Positions 12,202 through 22,386 of a DNA stretch of 64,000 nucleotides are shown here, one piece after another (position 1 is the first letter of the stretch; every line of letters starts with the position of its first letter). The notes beneath the pieces are model-generated. The model worked only from the letters and a program-made list of their open reading frames with translations, did no database searches and had not been told where the DNA came from. The stretch comes from Gemmatimonas sp. (GTDB taxonomy: Bacteria > Pseudomonadota > Alphaproteobacteria > SMXQ01). The translations under genes and the position numbers were made by a program. The stretch is taken from the NCBI GenBank assembly GCA_050260515.1, contig JBLNCI010000009.1, positions 3,669 to 67,668 on the forward strand, given 5' to 3'.

Positions 12202-12682
12202 GGCATCAACCCGATCTAAGGAATGGGAAAGGCGCGCGGGTGGCCCCGGCGCCCTCGGAAGCGGCGTAAATACCCTCGCGGGGGTGCCCAGTCAACCGGA
12301 ATCTGGCCGATTCGGCCGCTCCAAACCCTTGTCGGGCTTGGCTTTCGGGCACTTTCCCGGCGGCGCGCCGACGGCTCAGGATCGCTACGGCGGCGGTGTG
12401 GCATCAACCATTTGGCTCTCCAGGGCGGATTCCGCAAACACTGCCCCAAAGCCTTGGTGCAACCCCCCGGAAACGGCGCAGGGAACGACTTTCGCCCCGC
12501 AACATTTGTCTTTGAACTGACGCTTCGGTCGGCCGGGATGGGCGGGCTGGCATCAAGTCACCGAAAACGCACAGGGGCGTCGGGAGGTGCGGAGAGATAA
12601 GACAAATCTGTCTATCTCGTCTGTCTCCCTCGCGCGTTTGACGCCGGGTGGCGGCCGCACGCTTTGCTTCCGAGGAGAACGC

Positions 12683-13672
12683 ATGCTGTCCGTGGTCATT
12701 CCTGCGCTGAACGAAGAAGAAGCCATCACGCAGACCGTGACCACCGCACGCGAGGTTCTCGAGAGGAATGGAATCGCCCCGGTCGAGGTCATCGTCGTCG
12801 ACGATGGGTCGAGCGACGCCACCGGCGCGAGAGCGGCCGCCGTCGGTGCCCGGGTGATCCGCCATCCGCACAATGTCGGTTACGGGCGTTCGCTGAAGGA
12901 CGGGATTCTCGCGGCGAGCTACGACACGATCGCCATCTCGGACGCCGACGGAACGTACCCGCTCGAAGATCTCCCGGTTCTCTTCGCGATGAAGAACGCG
13001 GGTTACGACATGGTGGTCGGTGCCCGTACCGGCCCGTACTACCAGGAGTCGATGATCAAATCTCCGCTGCGGTGGGTGCTGCGCCTGATCGTCGAGTGGA
13101 CGGCCGGGCGGCGGATTCCGGACATCAACTCGGGGCTCCGGGTGTTTTCCCGCGACATCACGCTGAGGTATTTCGATCGCCTGTGCGACACGTTCAGCTT
13201 CACCACGTCGCTGACGCTCGCGTACATGATGAACAGTCGCTTCGTCGCGTATCGGGAGATCGACTACAAGAAGCGCATCGGCCATACGCGGGTCCGTCTG
13301 TTCCGCGACGCGCTCAAGACGTTGCAGTTCATCACCGAGGCGGCGGTCTATTACAACCCGCTCAAGATATTCACGCTGCTCGCCTTCCTGTGCCTGGTCG
13401 CGGCGACGCTGTCGATCGCCGTCGGCCTGATCACGCACTTTGCCACATTGTTCATGCTCGGCGCGGGAGCCATTCTCGCGGGCATCATCGTCCTTTCGCT
13501 GGGATTCGTCTGCGTGCTTCTCAAGCAGATCATGGATGGTGGAACCCGCATGCTTCCTGGAGAGAACGCCGCGCTGGCGGCGCCAACGACCTCGCCCGCC
13601 GAAGCCAAGCGCTGGGTGCCTGCCAATCCGGACGGTGCGCTGCAGCGGCAGGAGAGGCTCCGGTCCAGCTAG
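12683..13672 (+). CDS. GT2-family glycosyltransferase (polyprenyl-phosphate hexose transferase, GtrB/ArnC/DPM1-like) with C-terminal TM helices
   Basis: ORF 12587..13672(+). Conserved start at MLSVVIPALNEEE (ATG 12683). DXD context (VVDDGSSDAT, ISDADGTY) and two C-terminal TM helices as in GtrB/ArnC. Confidence 0.8.
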   Translation: MLSVVIPALNEEEAITQTVTTAREVLERNGIAPVEVIVVDDGSSDATGARAAAVGARVIRHPHNVGYGRSLKDGILAASYDTIAISDADGTYPLEDLPVLFAMKNAGYDMVVGARTGPYYQESMIKSPLRWVLRLIVEWTAGRRIPDINSGLRVFSRDITLRYFDRLCDTFSFTTSLTLAYMMNSRFVAYREIDYKKRIGHTRVRLFRDALKTLQFITEAAVYYNPLKIFTLLAFLCLVAATLSIAVGLITHFATLFMLGAGAILAGIIVLSLGFVCVLLKQIMDGGTRMLPGENAALAAPTTSPAEAKRWVPANPDGALQRQERLRSS

Positions 13673-13684
13673 GGGGCCTCCGGG

Positions 13685-15625
13685 ATGTGCGGCGTCGTCG
13701 GTTGGTTCCAGCGCGACGGGCGTACGGTCGAGACGGCCGTCCTGCGCTCGATGACGGAGGCGCTTCGCCATCGCGGGCCCGATGGCGGTGCCATCTGGCA
13801 CGACCGCATGGTCGGTCTCGGTCACCGCCGGCTCGCCATCCGCGATCTGTCGGATCTCGGCAGACAACCGCTGTCGGATCCCGCCGATCGCATCTTCATC
13901 AGCTACAACGGCGAGATCTACAACGACGCCGAGATTCGCCGCGATCTCGCTCGTGCTTTCGGCGTGCGATTCCGCTCCACATGCGACGCCGAGACGATCC
14001 CGCACGCGTTCCTCGCCTGGGGAGACCGTGCTTTCGAGCGTCTCGAAGGGATGTTCGCGATCGCGCTGTGGGAGCGGGACGCCAAGACCCTGCATCTCGC
14101 GCGCGACGGTATCGGCATCAAGCCGCTGTTCTATGCCGACACCGGCGATGCGGTGCTCTTCGCGAGCGAAGCGAAGGCACTGTTTTGTCACCCCGCGCTC
14201 GGTCCGAAGCTCGATCCCGCAGGGCTACATGCGTTTCTCGCCACCGGCCACGCGGGGCCGGATGGGTCGATCTACGCCGGCGTGCGCCAGGTCCCGCCGG
14301 GCACGGTGCTGTCGTTCGGCGCGGACTCGAAGCCAGCTCGCGCTCGCTGCTTTTGGCGCCCGACGCGACGACCTGCCCCGATCGCCATGGACGAGGCGGT
14401 CGATGCGCTGCGCACCCGTCTTAGCGACGTTGTCGCAAGCCAGGTCGTCTCGGATGTGCCCGTCGGCCTGCTGCAGAGCGGCGGCATCGATTCCACGATC
14501 GTCACGCTAAGCGCCGCGAGCCGTGAACGGCACATGCCGGTGTTTACGGCGGCGTTCGAAGATCGCTCGTACGACGAGACAGCGTCAGCGGCCCGGATCG
14601 CGGCGATCGCCGGTTGCCCGCACCATATCGTCCGGACGGAGCGGTGCCCCGATTTCGAGGCGTTGTTTCGGGCGGCGGCGTATCACGTCGACGGCCAGTG
14701 CGCCGACACTGGCTTGCTGGCCTACTACCAGCTCGCGGCCGCGGTCCGGGAACGGACGAAAGTCGTGCTGGGCGGCGACGGCGGCGACGAGTTCTTCGCC
14801 GGGTACGACACCTATGCCGCGACGCGTCTCGCGGCCCGTCTCGATGTCCGGTGGCTCCGCAGCACGTTCCAGGAAGCCGGATGGCTGCTCTACCGGGCGT
14901 TTCCCCGCGACGAGCGGCGACTGCCCCGGACCGCGCTGCTGGCGCGATTCCTCTTGGGGCTCGGCGCCGACGATGCGCCGGCCCATCTCCAGTGGCGCCG
15001 CCTGGTCATGCGGCCGATGCTGCCGTCGCTCTACGGGCCGGCAATGGTGGGGGTAGCGACCGAAAGCCCGTATGGCGCATATCGCGCGGCATTCGACGAC
15101 CACGAGGGCTCGTTGCTCGACAAGGCGCTCGTCGCCGACCAGCGCTACCACCTGCAGTCCGTGCTGGCGAAAGTCGACAGCATGAGCATGGCCCATGGGC
15201 TCGAGGTTCGGGTGCCGCTGCTGGACCGCCGGATCATGGATTTCGCCGGCATGCTGCCGGTCGACCTGCTGGCACCGCCGGGTGGGCCGGGAAAGCTGGT
15301 GCTCCGGCGCCTGGCCGAGCGGCTCGGGGCTCCCAAAGCCGTCACCATGGATCGGAAGAAGGGCTTCAACGTTCCCATTGCGGCGCTGATGCGCCATGAG
15401 CTCGCGCCGTTCGGAGATCGTTTGATGGACAAAGAGGCCGACGTTCTCGCCCCCTTCCTCAATCCGGACACAGTGCGGCGGTGGTGGCGCGAGCACCGCG
15501 CCGCGCGGGCGAACCATGCATTCGCGCTGTGGCCGCTGCTGCTGCTCGCGACCTATCTCGCCGACGGGGGAAAACGTCATTCGGTGTCCCCCGCGCTCGA
15601 CACCTCTCTCGCCGCGACCGCGTGA
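13685..15625 (+). CDS. asparagine synthetase (glutamine-hydrolysing) family amidotransferase
   Basis: ORF 13685..15625(+), 646 aa. N-terminal Ntn Cys (MCGVVGW), GATase-II domain, PP-loop (LLQSGGIDST). Sits 13 bp after the GT2 gene; its stop overlaps the gtrA-like ATG (TGATG). Confidence 0.85.
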   Translation: MCGVVGWFQRDGRTVETAVLRSMTEALRHRGPDGGAIWHDRMVGLGHRRLAIRDLSDLGRQPLSDPADRIFISYNGEIYNDAEIRRDLARAFGVRFRSTCDAETIPHAFLAWGDRAFERLEGMFAIALWERDAKTLHLARDGIGIKPLFYADTGDAVLFASEAKALFCHPALGPKLDPAGLHAFLATGHAGPDGSIYAGVRQVPPGTVLSFGADSKPARARCFWRPTRRPAPIAMDEAVDALRTRLSDVVASQVVSDVPVGLLQSGGIDSTIVTLSAASRERHMPVFTAAFEDRSYDETASAARIAAIAGCPHHIVRTERCPDFEALFRAAAYHVDGQCADTGLLAYYQLAAAVRERTKVVLGGDGGDEFFAGYDTYAATRLAARLDVRWLRSTFQEAGWLLYRAFPRDERRLPRTALLARFLLGLGADDAPAHLQWRRLVMRPMLPSLYGPAMVGVATESPYGAYRAAFDDHEGSLLDKALVADQRYHLQSVLAKVDSMSMAHGLEVRVPLLDRRIMDFAGMLPVDLLAPPGGPGKLVLRRLAERLGAPKAVTMDRKKGFNVPIAALMRHELAPFGDRLMDKEADVLAPFLNPDTVRRWWREHRAARANHAFALWPLLLLATYLADGGKRHSVSPALDTSLAATA

Positions 15626-16095
15626 TGCCGTCGGAACACCTGACACGCACGGATCACTTCGCCTCACTCTGGGGGCGCGTTGCTCCGGAAAGACGGCGGC
15701 TCGTTGCGACGGTCGTTCCCCAGTTCTTGAAGTTCGGCGTGGTGGGGACCCTCGGATTCCTGGTGGACGCGGCGACCGTGTATGCCCTTCGCGACACGGT
15801 CGGCGTCTATGCGGCGGGCTTCGCCGGCTCGGCGGTATCGTCCTCGATCACGTGGCCGCTCAATCGCCATTGGACGTTCGACGGCGGCCACGGGCCGATC
15901 CATCGCCAATTGCCGCTGTACCTTGCGGCAAACCTTCTGGCGCTCGCGCTCAACCGTTCTGTCTTTGTCGCTCTCGTCGCGTTCGTCCCACTCTGCGCGC
16001 GCCAGCCGGTGTTTGCCGTGGCCGCGGGCGCCATCGCAGGCATGTTCGTGAATTTCTGCCTCAATCGCTCCGTGGTCTTCCGTGCGCGCGCTTAG
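15625..16095 (+). CDS. GtrA-family polysaccharide-biosynthesis membrane protein (flippase-like)
   Basis: In-frame part of ORF 15481..16095 from ATG 15625, ~156 aa, four predicted TM helices (FLKFGVVGTLGFLVDAATVYALRD...FVNFCLNRSVVF), typical GtrA family. Confidence 0.75.
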   Translation: MPSEHLTRTDHFASLWGRVAPERRRLVATVVPQFLKFGVVGTLGFLVDAATVYALRDTVGVYAAGFAGSAVSSSITWPLNRHWTFDGGHGPIHRQLPLYLAANLLALALNRSVFVALVAFVPLCARQPVFAVAAGAIAGMFVNFCLNRSVVFRARA

Positions 16096-16116
16096 AGGAG
16101 AGGCGTGGGGAGGTCG

Positions 16117-17679
16117 ATGACATCGTCGCGGTATTGGCTTTCGACCCTGCTGTGGGTCCTCGCCGGGACGCTGATCCTGATGGTGCCGGCGTTCGTCTTC
16201 GGCCGGCCATTCGTATTCTGGGATACCTCCACGTACTACGGCTGGGGACACGACATCGTCGCCGCGATGCGCGAGCCGTGGCCCGACCTCGCGCACTTCC
16301 CTGCCCATCGCGGGATGTGGGCTATGGATCACACCCGCGGCGCCTGGGACCGCGTGACGCCGCAGCAGTTCCAGCTCATCTTCACCTACATCGGCGCGCG
16401 CTCGGAGTTCTACGCGGTGCCGCTCTATCTGCTCGGCTCGTGGCTGACGTTGTGGGCCCCGGCCATCCTGCAGGCGCTCGCGGCGTCATCGTTGTTGTGG
16501 ATCGCGACGGCCGTGCTTCTCGACCGCCGGAGCCCGCTCTTGTTCGCCGTCGTCGTGGTCGTCTTGACGGCGGCAACGCCGCTCGGCTTCTACACGACCT
16601 TGCTGATGCCCGACGTCTTCGCCGGATTGGGCCTGCTCGCGGCGGCGCTTCTGCTCTGCTATGCCGATCGCATGTCGCGGTGGCAGCGAGCGCACGCGGC
16701 GACACTGATCACCGTGGCGGTCGCGATGCACACGTCGAATGTGATCGTCATCGCGGCGCTCCTTCTGATCGCCGTCACCGCCGCGTGGCTCCTTCCGCTT
16801 GCCAGGCTGAAGGCGGCGGGATTTGCGCTCGTCGGCTGCGCGCTTGCCGTCGCAGTCGGGGCCGAGGCGCTCTCGAAGTCGGCCCTGCACGATGTCTTTG
16901 GCCAGCGGATACGGACGGCACCGTTCCTCGAAGGCCGCGTGATCACCGATGGGCCGGGGCGGTTGTTTCTCCAGCAAGCATGTCGGACGCGGCCGTTCGC
17001 GGCGTGCCTCTACAAAGACATGGATATCGTCAACGCCGACGACATCATCTGGCCCGACGATACGCTCCACGATGTGCCGCTGATCACCGATCCCGCGGAG
17101 CGTCACCGTTTCCTCGACGAGCAAACGCCGGTCGTCATCGGGACGCTTCTCAGCCACCCCTTCGCGCAATTGATCGCGAGCGCGAAGAACGCGGCGTTCG
17201 GCGTCGCGAACTTCCGCATTGTCAACACGATCGGCTATTCGCTCAGCGGGCTGATCCGGCGGAACAACGACCAGACCCGCATGCTCCTGCAGATCGTGCC
17301 CAACCTCGACGCGTGTCTGTCGGCACAGCCGCCGTGCTACTACGAACCGCAGCTCCGGCCGGTGCAGTGGTTGCAGTACATCGTCACCGCGCTCGCGTTC
17401 GCGGGCCTCGGGCTGAGGATCCTTCAGTACGTGAGGCGACCGGAGCGCGTCGGCGCGCACGGTCGGCTGATCCTGGTTGCGGTGATCCTGGCGGGCGCCG
17501 TCGTGGTGAACGGCGCGATCTGCGGGGCGGCGGCGGGGCCGTGGGAACGCTATCAGGCTCGGGTGATCTGGCTGGTGCCGATGGCGTTCGGGTTCATCGA
17601 GCTCCGCTCTGCGCTCGATCGCGCTCGTAAACGCGGCGCCGATCGCTGGCCGTCCCGCCCTTCGGTGGCCGTCGGATAG
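16117..17679 (+). CDS. polytopic integral membrane protein, putative GT-C/GtrC-like glycosyltransferase or acceptor-modifying enzyme (unknown function)
   Basis: ORF 16105..17679(+), GTG 16105 / ATG 16117, ~520 aa. About 10 hydrophobic helices at both ends with a central loop. Follows the gtrA-like gene after 9-21 bp. Confidence 0.6.
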   Translation: MTSSRYWLSTLLWVLAGTLILMVPAFVFGRPFVFWDTSTYYGWGHDIVAAMREPWPDLAHFPAHRGMWAMDHTRGAWDRVTPQQFQLIFTYIGARSEFYAVPLYLLGSWLTLWAPAILQALAASSLLWIATAVLLDRRSPLLFAVVVVVLTAATPLGFYTTLLMPDVFAGLGLLAAALLLCYADRMSRWQRAHAATLITVAVAMHTSNVIVIAALLLIAVTAAWLLPLARLKAAGFALVGCALAVAVGAEALSKSALHDVFGQRIRTAPFLEGRVITDGPGRLFLQQACRTRPFAACLYKDMDIVNADDIIWPDDTLHDVPLITDPAERHRFLDEQTPVVIGTLLSHPFAQLIASAKNAAFGVANFRIVNTIGYSLSGLIRRNNDQTRMLLQIVPNLDACLSAQPPCYYEPQLRPVQWLQYIVTALAFAGLGLRILQYVRRPERVGAHGRLILVAVILAGAVVVNGAICGAAAGPWERYQARVIWLVPMAFGFIELRSALDRARKRGADRWPSRPSVAVG

Positions 17680-17887
17680 CGCGCCTGCGCGGCCCAACGC
17701 GCGGCATCCTGCGTTCGCCGGGGAAAATACGAGCAACGCCTCGGGTGTCGCATTGCCCGAGACGCTGCTATCGTGCGAACGCCGCGCTGGCGCCGCGACG
17801 GGGAGTCATGGTCCGCGAGGCATGCGCGGCGCACCACTCGCGAACGCGCTGTGGTCGGCGAATGTCTACGACAGAGAAGGGCGAGGT

Positions 17888-18775
17888 ATGAAGACCCTGG
17901 GTTTCATCGGAACCGGCGGAATGGGCAGCGGCATGGCTGCCAACCTGATCAAGGCGGGCTATCGCCTGATCGTGAACGATCTCAGGCGCGAGCAGGCCAA
18001 AGGACTCGAGAGTCAGGGCGCGCATTTCGTCGATTCGCCCAAAGCCGTTGCGGAATCCTGCGAGCTCGTCCTCTCGATGTTGCCCACCAACGAGGCGGTC
18101 AAAGCGGTCGCCCTCGGCAAGGATGGGCTGGTCGAGGCGGCCGCCGGCGCGAAAGTGTGGATCGATTTCAGCAGCATCGACAAGGCGACCATCGTCGGCA
18201 TCAGCGGCGAATTGGGCAAGAAGGGCTGGACCGTCGTCGATGCGTCGGCCGGCGGTGTCGAAGAGGTCGCGGCGGCCGGTCAGTTGGCGCTGTGGGTTTC
18301 GGGCTCGAAGGCTTTGTTCGACGAGCATCAGCCCATCTTCAAGGCGATGGGCAAATCGATCCTTCACGTCGGAGAACTCGGGAACGCCAAGCTCGTCAAG
18401 AACGCCATGGCCATGTTCGCTGCCGTCCTGCACATGAGCCTTGCCGAGATTTGCGCTTGGCTTCGGAAGGGCGGGCTCGACGCGGCCACCTTCCAGACCA
18501 TCATGAAGAACTCCCAGCAGGATTCGGTTGGCTCCCGCCGCATCATGGAAATCATGGTGAGCGGCAAGTACAAGCCGCGCAAATCGTGGATGCCGAAGGA
18601 TGTGAACTTCGGCCTCGATATGGCGCGCGAGATGGAGGTTCCGATGCCGTTTGTCGGCCTCGCTCAGCAGATGTTCGCGATCGCGCAGGCCACGGGCCAG
18701 GACGGTTACGAGGCGACCGGGATCGCCTGCAACGTCTATGACGTGATCAACGGCGCCAAGACCAAGTCGAACTGA
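17888..18775 (+). CDS. NAD(P)-dependent oxidoreductase, 3-hydroxyisobutyrate dehydrogenase / 2-hydroxy-3-oxopropionate reductase family
   Basis: Part of ORF 17753..18775(+) from ATG 17888. Rossmann motif GFIGTGGMGSGMAANL, 6PGD-like C-domain. Confidence 0.85.
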   Translation: MKTLGFIGTGGMGSGMAANLIKAGYRLIVNDLRREQAKGLESQGAHFVDSPKAVAESCELVLSMLPTNEAVKAVALGKDGLVEAAAGAKVWIDFSSIDKATIVGISGELGKKGWTVVDASAGGVEEVAAAGQLALWVSGSKALFDEHQPIFKAMGKSILHVGELGNAKLVKNAMAMFAAVLHMSLAEICAWLRKGGLDAATFQTIMKNSQQDSVGSRRIMEIMVSGKYKPRKSWMPKDVNFGLDMAREMEVPMPFVGLAQQMFAIAQATGQDGYEATGIACNVYDVINGAKTKSN

Positions 18776-18864
18776 GCCGTTCGGGGCTGATGCGCCGGCG
18801 GCAGTTTTCCAGACCGCCCCTGTGAAGGTCGTGCAGATCTGGCCAGGAACACATTGCGACCCGA

Positions 18865-20046
18865 TTACCGGTCCAGCGGGATCCCGGTCGGGCGGCTGAC
18901 GACCTCCCAGGTCTTGGCCGATGCGTTCCAGCGTGAGATGACGACGTTCTCGTCGCTCAAGCCGCGCTGCGGTACCGCCTTGAAGTCGTAAGCGCCGTTC
19001 ACGCCGTAGGTGCCCTTCACCGTCAGCAGATGATCGCGAATCGCCTCGGCCGTGGTAGTGGGTCCCGTCGCGCGCAGCGCCGCGACAACGATCATCATCG
19101 GATCCCACACCATGGTATGGCCGACGTCCGGCTTGATGTTGGCCTCGGCGAAGCGCTCGAAAAACGCGCGCTGCGCCTTCTCGACCTCCGGATGCAGGCT
19201 GACGTTCTCGGGATGCGGGAGCCATTCGGCCGACGAGAAGTACAGCTCCTTCGGCAGGAACGCCTCGTATGCCTTCATCTGGGCGTAGGTCATGTTGCCG
19301 TAGTTTGTCGCGACCGGCACGTCGAACCCGGTGTCGAGTAGGCCGCGCATCACCGTGCCGATCGGCGCGCCGGTATTCCAGGCGAGCAGCGCGTCGGGCT
19401 TGGCCGCTTTGAGCGCGATCAGTTGGGCCGTGATGTTGATGTCGCTGGGCTCGAAGTTCACCTTGCCGACGATCCTGACGTCGGCGTTCTCCGGCAGCCT
19501 CAGCGCCTCCTCGATGCTCTTCTCGGCCATCTGGCCCATCGCGTCCGTCGCCGTGACGAGCCCGATCCGCGTCATGCCGCGCATGCGGAAGTAGCGGATG
19601 ATGGCGCGATCGGCGTCGTCGGTGGACACGTTGGAGGTGAAGACGTAGCTGCCCGCCTCAGGCTTGATCGTCGGCGACAGGCAGTACATGACCGGGCCGC
19701 CCGTCATCAACGGCATCATCGCGCTGCAATTGGCGACTGTCGCCGCGCCCAGAATCACCGGCGGCTTCGTCGCCAGAATCTGCTGCAGCAGTTGCACCGC
19801 CACCTGCGGCTTCGATTGGTCGTCGTAGTAGTCGAATTTCACCGGGCGGCCGTTGATGCCCCCATCCGCATTGATGAGCGCCTCGCCGAGCCGCATCGCC
19901 TCCTGCTCCTCCTTGCCGAGGAACGCGCCCGCGCCCGACAGCGGCAGGATCGCCGGGATCGATACTGGTGTCTGGGCACGCGCCCCGGACCAGCATCCGA
20001 GCACGGCCACGGCGAGCGCGGCGACCGCGGAAACGGCTCTCGTCAT
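18865..20046 (-). CDS. ABC transporter substrate-binding protein, branched-chain amino acid (LivK/Leu-Ile-Val-binding) family
   Basis: ORF 18865..20046(-), 393 aa, signal peptide (AVAALAVAVLGCWSGARAQ), type-I periplasmic binding fold. Confidence 0.85.
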   Translation of the reverse strand: MTRAVSAVAALAVAVLGCWSGARAQTPVSIPAILPLSGAGAFLGKEEQEAMRLGEALINADGGINGRPVKFDYYDDQSKPQVAVQLLQQILATKPPVILGAATVANCSAMMPLMTGGPVMYCLSPTIKPEAGSYVFTSNVSTDDADRAIIRYFRMRGMTRIGLVTATDAMGQMAEKSIEEALRLPENADVRIVGKVNFEPSDINITAQLIALKAAKPDALLAWNTGAPIGTVMRGLLDTGFDVPVATNYGNMTYAQMKAYEAFLPKELYFSSAEWLPHPENVSLHPEVEKAQRAFFERFAEANIKPDVGHTMVWDPMMIVVAALRATGPTTTAEAIRDHLLTVKGTYGVNGAYDFKAVPQRGLSDENVVISRWNASAKTWEVVSRPTGIPLDR

Positions 20047-20343
20047 CCCAACCTCCCGCTTGGAGTTTTTCTTGTTCGCGCAAGTCTAGGCCACCTTTCG
20101 GCCGCGCGCATTCTCCGGTCGTGGGGCGGGGACAGGAGAGAATTCCGAGCTTGGAAAAGATCGCGGCTCCTGATTCTCCGCGTGCGCTTCGCATGAAAAT
20201 GGGGAGCCGCTGGCTTTTCAGCCGCCGGAAACGGCGATTTCTGGCTCTCGGGAGCGCTCTGTGTCAGCCAGCAACGCGACAACCGATGGATTTCTTTGAT
20301 CCATTCGGCGTCACGTAAGTGCCTGAAACACGAGGAATTTTGT

Positions 20344-20432
<89 letters not shown>

Positions 20433-20528
20433 GGCGGCGCGGAGACTACTGGAAGGGATTGCCGGGAGCAACCCGAACCGCGCCGTCGAAGCCACGATTT
20501 CTGCGGCCTCTGCCCGTCCGGATCGGTC

Positions 20529-20999
20529 CTAGATCCCGCCGTGGGCCCCGAGGATCGCCGCCGCAATCGTGACGGCCGAGACCGTCAGCAGGATCCAGTG
20601 GGCGCGCCGGGCAAAGGCGAACGCGGCGGTGGAATCGCGCTCGGCGCGCCTGCGGAACCAGGCGTGCAGGAACAGCGGCTCGGCGACGAACAGGATCACG
20701 GCGAACAGGAGCCACAGGCCCACCATGGCGTGCATCCACCAGAACCGCCCGTCGGCGAAGCGGCTCCAGAGGTCGAGCCGCTCGGCGATGTAGGCGCCGC
20801 TCAGGCCGGCGACGAGGACCGACACCTTGGCCTGCCGCGAGAACCGTGCCTCGGCCGCTTCGAAGAATTCGAGTCGGCGCGCCGGGTCGGCGAGGCTTGC
20901 CGCGGCGGGCAGGATGACCCAGGTCACAAAGGCCACGCCGCCGATCCAGTGGACAATCGCGAGCACATGCAATGCGCGGGCGATCACGACGTCGTCCAT
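20529..20999 (-). CDS. hypothetical membrane protein (4 TM)
   Basis: ORF 20529..21122(-). Likely start at the internal ATG (MDDVVIARALHVLAIVHWIGGVAFVTWVILPAA...). No recognisable catalytic motif. Confidence 0.5.
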   Translation of the reverse strand: MDDVVIARALHVLAIVHWIGGVAFVTWVILPAAASLADPARRLEFFEAAEARFSRQAKVSVLVAGLSGAYIAERLDLWSRFADGRFWWMHAMVGLWLLFAVILFVAEPLFLHAWFRRRAERDSTAAFAFARRAHWILLTVSAVTIAAAILGAHGGI

Positions 21000-21107
21000 A
21001 GCAGTCTCCCCCGGCGACAGCGACGCTGCGCCGTCGCAGTGTAGCGCGCGGGAACCCGGCTTGCGCGTGGGTGTTCCCGAACAGCGACGTTGTCGCGTGG
21101 AGTGCCC

Positions 21108-21692
21108 ATGCCCGACCATCACCAGCCCAGCCGCAGCCCGTCCGCCGACCGCCGCGCCACCGTGCCCCCGGCCAAGGGGCTCACCCCCGTCCTCGAGCGG
21201 AATATCAGGTCACTCGCGAGAAGGCAGCGGGAGGAACTGGCGAACGCGACCTGCGAGGAGCGGCTCGCGGAGAGGATCACCGCGTTCACCGGCAGCATGC
21301 CGTTTGTCTATCTCCACCTCGCGGTGTTCGGGTTCTGGACGCTGGCGAATATTGGCTTGGTGCCCGGAGTCCCCGCATGGGATCCGTCCTTCGTAATTCT
21401 CGCGACCGTCGCGTCGGTCGAGGCGATCTTCCTGTCGACGTTCGTTCTGATCAGCCAGAACCGAGCGGCAAGGGCGGCGAGCAAGCGGGCCGACCTCGAC
21501 CTCCATATCAGCCTGCTCGCCGAGCACGAGATCACGAAATTGATGGCGCTCGTGTCGGCGATCGCGGCGCGCCTCGATGTGCGCACGGAGGTCGACCCTG
21601 AGGTGCCGGAGCTCAAGCAGGACGTCGCACCGGAAGCGGTGCTCGACGAGATCGGGGCAACCCGCAAGGGAGGTGACGACGCGGCCGCGTAG
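21108..21692 (+). CDS. DUF1003-family membrane protein
   Basis: ORF 21090..21692(+). N-terminal soluble region then two TM helices (MPFVYLHLAVFGFWTLANIGLV...) and the conserved LISQNRAARAASKRADLDLHISLLAEHEITKL segment typical of DUF1003. Confidence 0.6.
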   Translation: MPDHHQPSRSPSADRRATVPPAKGLTPVLERNIRSLARRQREELANATCEERLAERITAFTGSMPFVYLHLAVFGFWTLANIGLVPGVPAWDPSFVILATVASVEAIFLSTFVLISQNRAARAASKRADLDLHISLLAEHEITKLMALVSAIAARLDVRTEVDPEVPELKQDVAPEAVLDEIGATRKGGDDAAA

Positions 21693-21699
21693 CGGCGGG

Positions 21700-22320
21700 C
21701 TACGCCGGGCTGCTCGCGGGCCCGGCGATGTCGGACGGCTGGTTGTTGCGGAGCCACAGCGCCAGCGATAACAGCACGACACCGAACATGATGCCGTAGC
21801 TGCCGACCCACCAGGCAAGAGCAAGCAGGCCGAGGCTCGGCTGCGCGATCATCATGACCCCGAGCAGCACCGACAATGCCCCTCCGACGATCAGCAGCCA
21901 TCGCGGGGCGCCGGTCGTGAACGTGCCGCCACCGAACGCCATCACCACGCCTGTGAAGATCGCCCAGATCGCCAGCAGGTACATGAGGGCGAGGACCGAG
22001 ATCTGCGGGAGCAGGAAGATGACGACGCCCACCGCGATATTCACGATGCCCTCGAGCACGAATGGCCACCACCGCTCGCGAGCACGCGCGGCGCGGACCC
22101 CGGCGACGATGGCGAAGATGCCGTCGATCGCGAAGTAGGCAGACAGCAGGACGACGAGGGTCAGGAGGGTCACGCCCGGGAGGGCAATGGCGAGGATGCC
22201 GAAGAGCAACGCCGCGACACCGCGGATCGCGACAGCCCACCAGTTCCGGCACAGCAGCGCTCTCATGCGCTCCGAATAAGATGCTCGGAAAGTCTCAGGT
22301 GCGCGCTCATGAGTGGCCAT
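21700..22320 (-). CDS. HdeD-family acid-resistance membrane protein (DUF308)
   Basis: ORF 21700..22320(-), 206 aa, six short TM helices with repeated GxxxG-rich segments typical of HdeD. Alternative start at Met19. Confidence 0.7.
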   Translation of the reverse strand: MATHERAPETFRASYSERMRALLCRNWWAVAIRGVAALLFGILAIALPGVTLLTLVVLLSAYFAIDGIFAIVAGVRAARARERWWPFVLEGIVNIAVGVVIFLLPQISVLALMYLLAIWAIFTGVVMAFGGGTFTTGAPRWLLIVGGALSVLLGVMMIAQPSLGLLALAWWVGSYGIMFGVVLLSLALWLRNNQPSDIAGPASSPA

Positions 22321-22386
22321 GCGGGTGCAAACGCCGAAGATGCCCTCCAGTTCCTCCCGCGTGCCCTACCGTTGTCCCTGGCGGTG

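Noticed and set aside
12202-12682. Possible tRNA or sRNA in the 480-bp rplU upstream region
   Set aside because: No cloverleaf (no GTTCGAATC-like T-arm or acceptor complementarity) and no recognisable 6S/SRP/tmRNA core was found. Only the short palindrome reported as a finding.
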